A DNA stretch of 64,000 nucleotides. Origin: Verrucomicrobiia bacterium (lineage in GTDB: Bacteria; Verrucomicrobiota; Verrucomicrobiia; Limisphaerales; JAEYXS01). Location: assembly GCA_036405135.1 (NCBI GenBank), contig DASWYF010000037.1, positions 90,016 to 154,015 on the forward strand. The letters run 5' to 3'. Position 1 is the first letter of the stretch. Every line of letters begins with the position of its first letter. The position numbers and the translations under genes are program-made. This document shows positions 61,559-64,000 of this stretch, piece after piece. The notes below the pieces were generated by a model. The model did not search any database, was not told the DNA's origin, and saw only the letters and a program-made list of their open reading frames with translations.

Positions 61559-64000
61559 TCATGGCGGTAACAGAAGTGATCGATAGAAGAGACCATTGAA
61601 GTTGGTGGCTTGTGGATCCACAACTTGGAATGTGCCGGTTGCATTGAATACGTTCGTAATGACACTCCAGTCGATAAAATCGGTGGAAACTTCTATAGCG
61701 TACGTCCGTCCCGGCGTTGCCTGCATCATGAACTGGAATCCATTATCACTGGCGTAGTGAATTTGGCCGGGAATTGCAGTAGGTATTTGCCCCGATACGA
61801 TGATGGTGAATGTCTGGGTGGCAGTGAGGGATGGCAAACCATCATCTTTGACTTCGATTGTGACCTGGTTGGTGGTGAACCCTTCGTAAATTTCTGGAGT
61901 CCACGAAAACTCTCCACTGTAAGAACCTAATATAGAGTTCGCCGGCCCAGTCAGCAGGCGGTATTGCAGTATTTGGGGAGGACTGTCGGCGTCAGTGGCC
62001 GTAATGGTCAATTGTAACGGCAGGTTTACTGCAATGACTTGATCGGCGATAGCTGTGAATTGTGGCGAGCGGTTGGATTGAACAGTCAAAGCTACGCTTA
62101 CGCTCTCCAGTTCACCTGCTGGATTGCTAATCATCACTTTATAGGTGCCCTGATCGATTGGTTTGGCGATGTCAATCAGATGAGATGCACCGCGGGCTCC
62201 TGCAATCGGGACACCGTCGTGATACCACTGGTATCGTAGTTCCTCACCATTGGCTGTCACAGAAAGCTCGACAGGTCGTCCAGCCAATACATTGGTTGCC
62301 TTAGGTTGATCAATGATTACTGGGGGCACGCCGACACTGACGGTAGCGACGGAGCTGGTGACAGAGTTAAATGGAGAGGTGACAATCACGGAGTAACCAC
62401 CAGCATAGTTGGCCGCGTAGACAGATTGATTGGCTCCAGGAATGACAATACTGTTGCTTAACCACTGATAAGTGAGACCGGCCTCTTCAGGAGTAGGTTG
62501 CAGATTTGCGTCTTGAATCTGAGCAGATGCGATCACTTTTAGTTGGGCGGCTCCGGTTATTGGCAGGAGCTGGTCTACGGGGTGTTCAATGATCTGCAAT
62601 GTTCCGTTCAGCAAGGCTATCTTGTTGGTGTATTGCACTGGGGTCACATCAGTCGTGCAAAGATTGATGTTATAAGTGACTCCGTTTGTGATGGGTACCA
62701 CCAGCCGGCACTGGCCTGGAACAGAATTGGTGATCGCTTTAAGGATGGTAAAGCTGGCCAAGCTTCCTGCTGTCGGAGCTGAGACCACCAAGGCGTATGC
62801 TGAAGAATTGGCTGTGCTATCGATTAACAAATAGCCATTTTGCTGTGGCTTGAGGAAGATGTTATCGGTTGCATTCCAGATGATTCCGCCCTGCACCTCA
62901 CCGGGATCCGAGCCGGAGCGTGAGTTATTGTAGATCAAATTGATAGGCGACCCAAAACTCAGGTTCACTACAGGGACTGTCATCAGTCCGACCGGTTTTT
63001 TGGCAGGCAAACTGGCCAAAGCAAACCGTCCGTCTGAAGGAACTGTCAAGGAGGCGCCATTGAACGCAGTTCCGAACACCTGATTGATGATGTCATTGGT
63101 GGTGACAAGCAAATCTTTGATCTTATCCTTGGCCACGATGTCGGGATGGTTGCTGATCTGGATGCTTGCGGGCTCGCTCCAATTGGTACGGGTGCCAATC
63201 CATACGGCGACATTATAAACGCCGACATCCTCCAATCCGATATTCTCCAGAACCAGTTCATCGCGGTTTGCATTTGCCACGGCTATTCCGTTTTTGAACC
63301 ACTGATAATTTGGCGTGACCCGGCTGACTGCTTGCACTTGCAAAGGTACGCGCGCACCTTCGGCCACAGTGCGACTGGCTGGCTGAGCGGTGATACGGGG
63401 TAATTCGTCATCAGAAGGCTCCAATTGCCAGCTTAGAATGATATGCCCTTGGGCACCTACGAGACCGTCCACAGCGAAGTAGTAATCTTCCCCGGCAGCA
63501 GCGGAAAAGGCCAACGCACTGGTGTAATAGCCGCCGCTGTCCTCGTCACTGGCGATACGCGTCAGAGCGGCTACCGAAGAGCCCGTGTAAACGGCGAGCA
63601 ATGTATCAAACCCACTGCCCAAGGTGCTGAGAGTGACGATACCTGACACCGGTGCCCGCCAGTGCAGCCAGACGGAGTTAGTGCCTGGTTTGTCCGCATG
63701 GAATGGTTCACCTGGCTGGCGGGTTGCACCCTCGTTCCAAGCCAACCCCGTGCGGCTGGCATCCGTATAGAGAGGGCCAGGGAAATCGTCAGCCATAGGC
63801 AGGATGAAGCCGGCTGTGTTGTTCGTCGCGATCACTGGAACGAGGATGCTGGTGTTCGCGCCGTAGGGGGAGCGGATGGCCACTGAGTAGGACCCGCTGT
63901 TTGTGGGATAAGCGTTGGTGAGTGTCAGAGTGGCATTCGTGGCTCCAGTGATATTCACCCCATTCAACCGCCATTGATACGTGATGGCTCCAATTCCATG
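61559..64000 (-). CDS. Large Ig-like/cadherin-like repeat surface protein, 5-prime partial
   Basis: The reading frame stays open to the window edge; the codons upstream of the listed start read [14 protein letters not shown]. It has repeated YQW..NG..I.GA modules. The listed start is a TTG and probably internal. Confidence 0.75.
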   Translation of the reverse strand, partial: HGIGAITYQWRLNGVNITGATNATLTLTNAYPTNSGSYSVAIRSPYGANTSILVPVIATNNTAGFILPMADDFPGPLYTDASRTGLAWNEGATRQPGEPFHADKPGTNSVWLHWRAPVSGIVTLSTLGSGFDTLLAVYTGSSVAALTRIASDEDSGGYYTSALAFSAAAGEDYYFAVDGLVGAQGHIILSWQLEPSDDELPRITAQPASRTVAEGARVPLQVQAVSRVTPNYQWFKNGIAVANANRDELVLENIGLEDVGVYNVAVWIGTRTNWSEPASIQISNHPDIVAKDKIKDLLVTTNDIINQVFGTAFNGASLTVPSDGRFALASLPAKKPVGLMTVPVVNLSFGSPINLIYNNSRSGSDPGEVQGGIIWNATDNIFLKPQQNGYLLIDSTANSSAYALVVSAPTAGSLASFTILKAITNSVPGQCRLVVPITNGVTYNINLCTTDVTPVQYTNKIALLNGTLQIIEHPVDQLLPITGAAQLKVIASAQIQDANLQPTPEEAGLTYQWLSNSIVIPGANQSVYAANYAGGYSVIVTSPFNSVTSSVATVSVGVPPVIIDQPKATNVLAGRPVELSVTANGEELRYQWYHDGVPIAGARGASHLIDIAKPIDQGTYKVMISNPAGELESVSVALTVQSNRSPQFTAIADQVIAVNLPLQLTITATDADSPPQILQYRLLTGPANSILGSYSGEFSWTPEIYEGFTTNQVTIEVKDDGLPSLTATQTFTIIVSGQIPTAIPGQIHYASDNGFQFMMQATPGRTYAIEVSTDFIDWSVITNVFNATGTFQVVDPQATNFNGLFYRSLLLPP

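Overview
This 64-kb window most likely comes from a PVC-group bacterium (Verrucomicrobiota or Planctomycetota). That placement is an inference from the DUF1501, DUF1549/DUF1553 and PSCyt-type secreted proteins, the futalosine-pathway mqn genes and a giant delta-60-repeat protein. About 40 protein genes can be supported. The left ~16.8 kb is GC-rich core-like DNA: Fic, mqnA plus a radical-SAM mqn gene, a TPP riboswitch with thiC, a tannase-family esterase, small DUF proteins, a DUF1592/DUF1501 pair and a pyruvyl-transferase-like gene. This core is interrupted just after thiC by an accessory patch. The patch holds two displaced copies of the thiC 3-prime coding end, a nucleotidyltransferase-fold gene pair, and a low-GC two-gene islet (a DGQHR/DndB-like protein plus an uncharacterised helical protein). 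That islet is my best candidate for an undescribed defence-type module. From ~16.8 kb rightward the DNA looks compositionally different and is divided by four same-orientation copies of a ~100-190 bp repeat. The repeat has a tRNA-3-prime-end-like core, TAATC motifs and a tandem TTGGTGCAC motif. The blocks between copies are: (1) a 12.4-kb single-strand defence array (SNF2 helicase, DUF4391, GmrSD-like DUF262/DUF1524, type III Mod, Abi_2, type III Res) ending in a dead integrase fused to a truncated IS630 element; (2) a five-gene two-component signalling cluster; (3) a four-gene PSCyt/WD40/DUF1501 operon. After the last copy come an IS630 element with TA duplications and two huge adhesin-like genes. 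No rRNA, complete tRNA or CRISPR array was seen. All calls rest on reading the supplied translations and sequence by eye, with no database searches.
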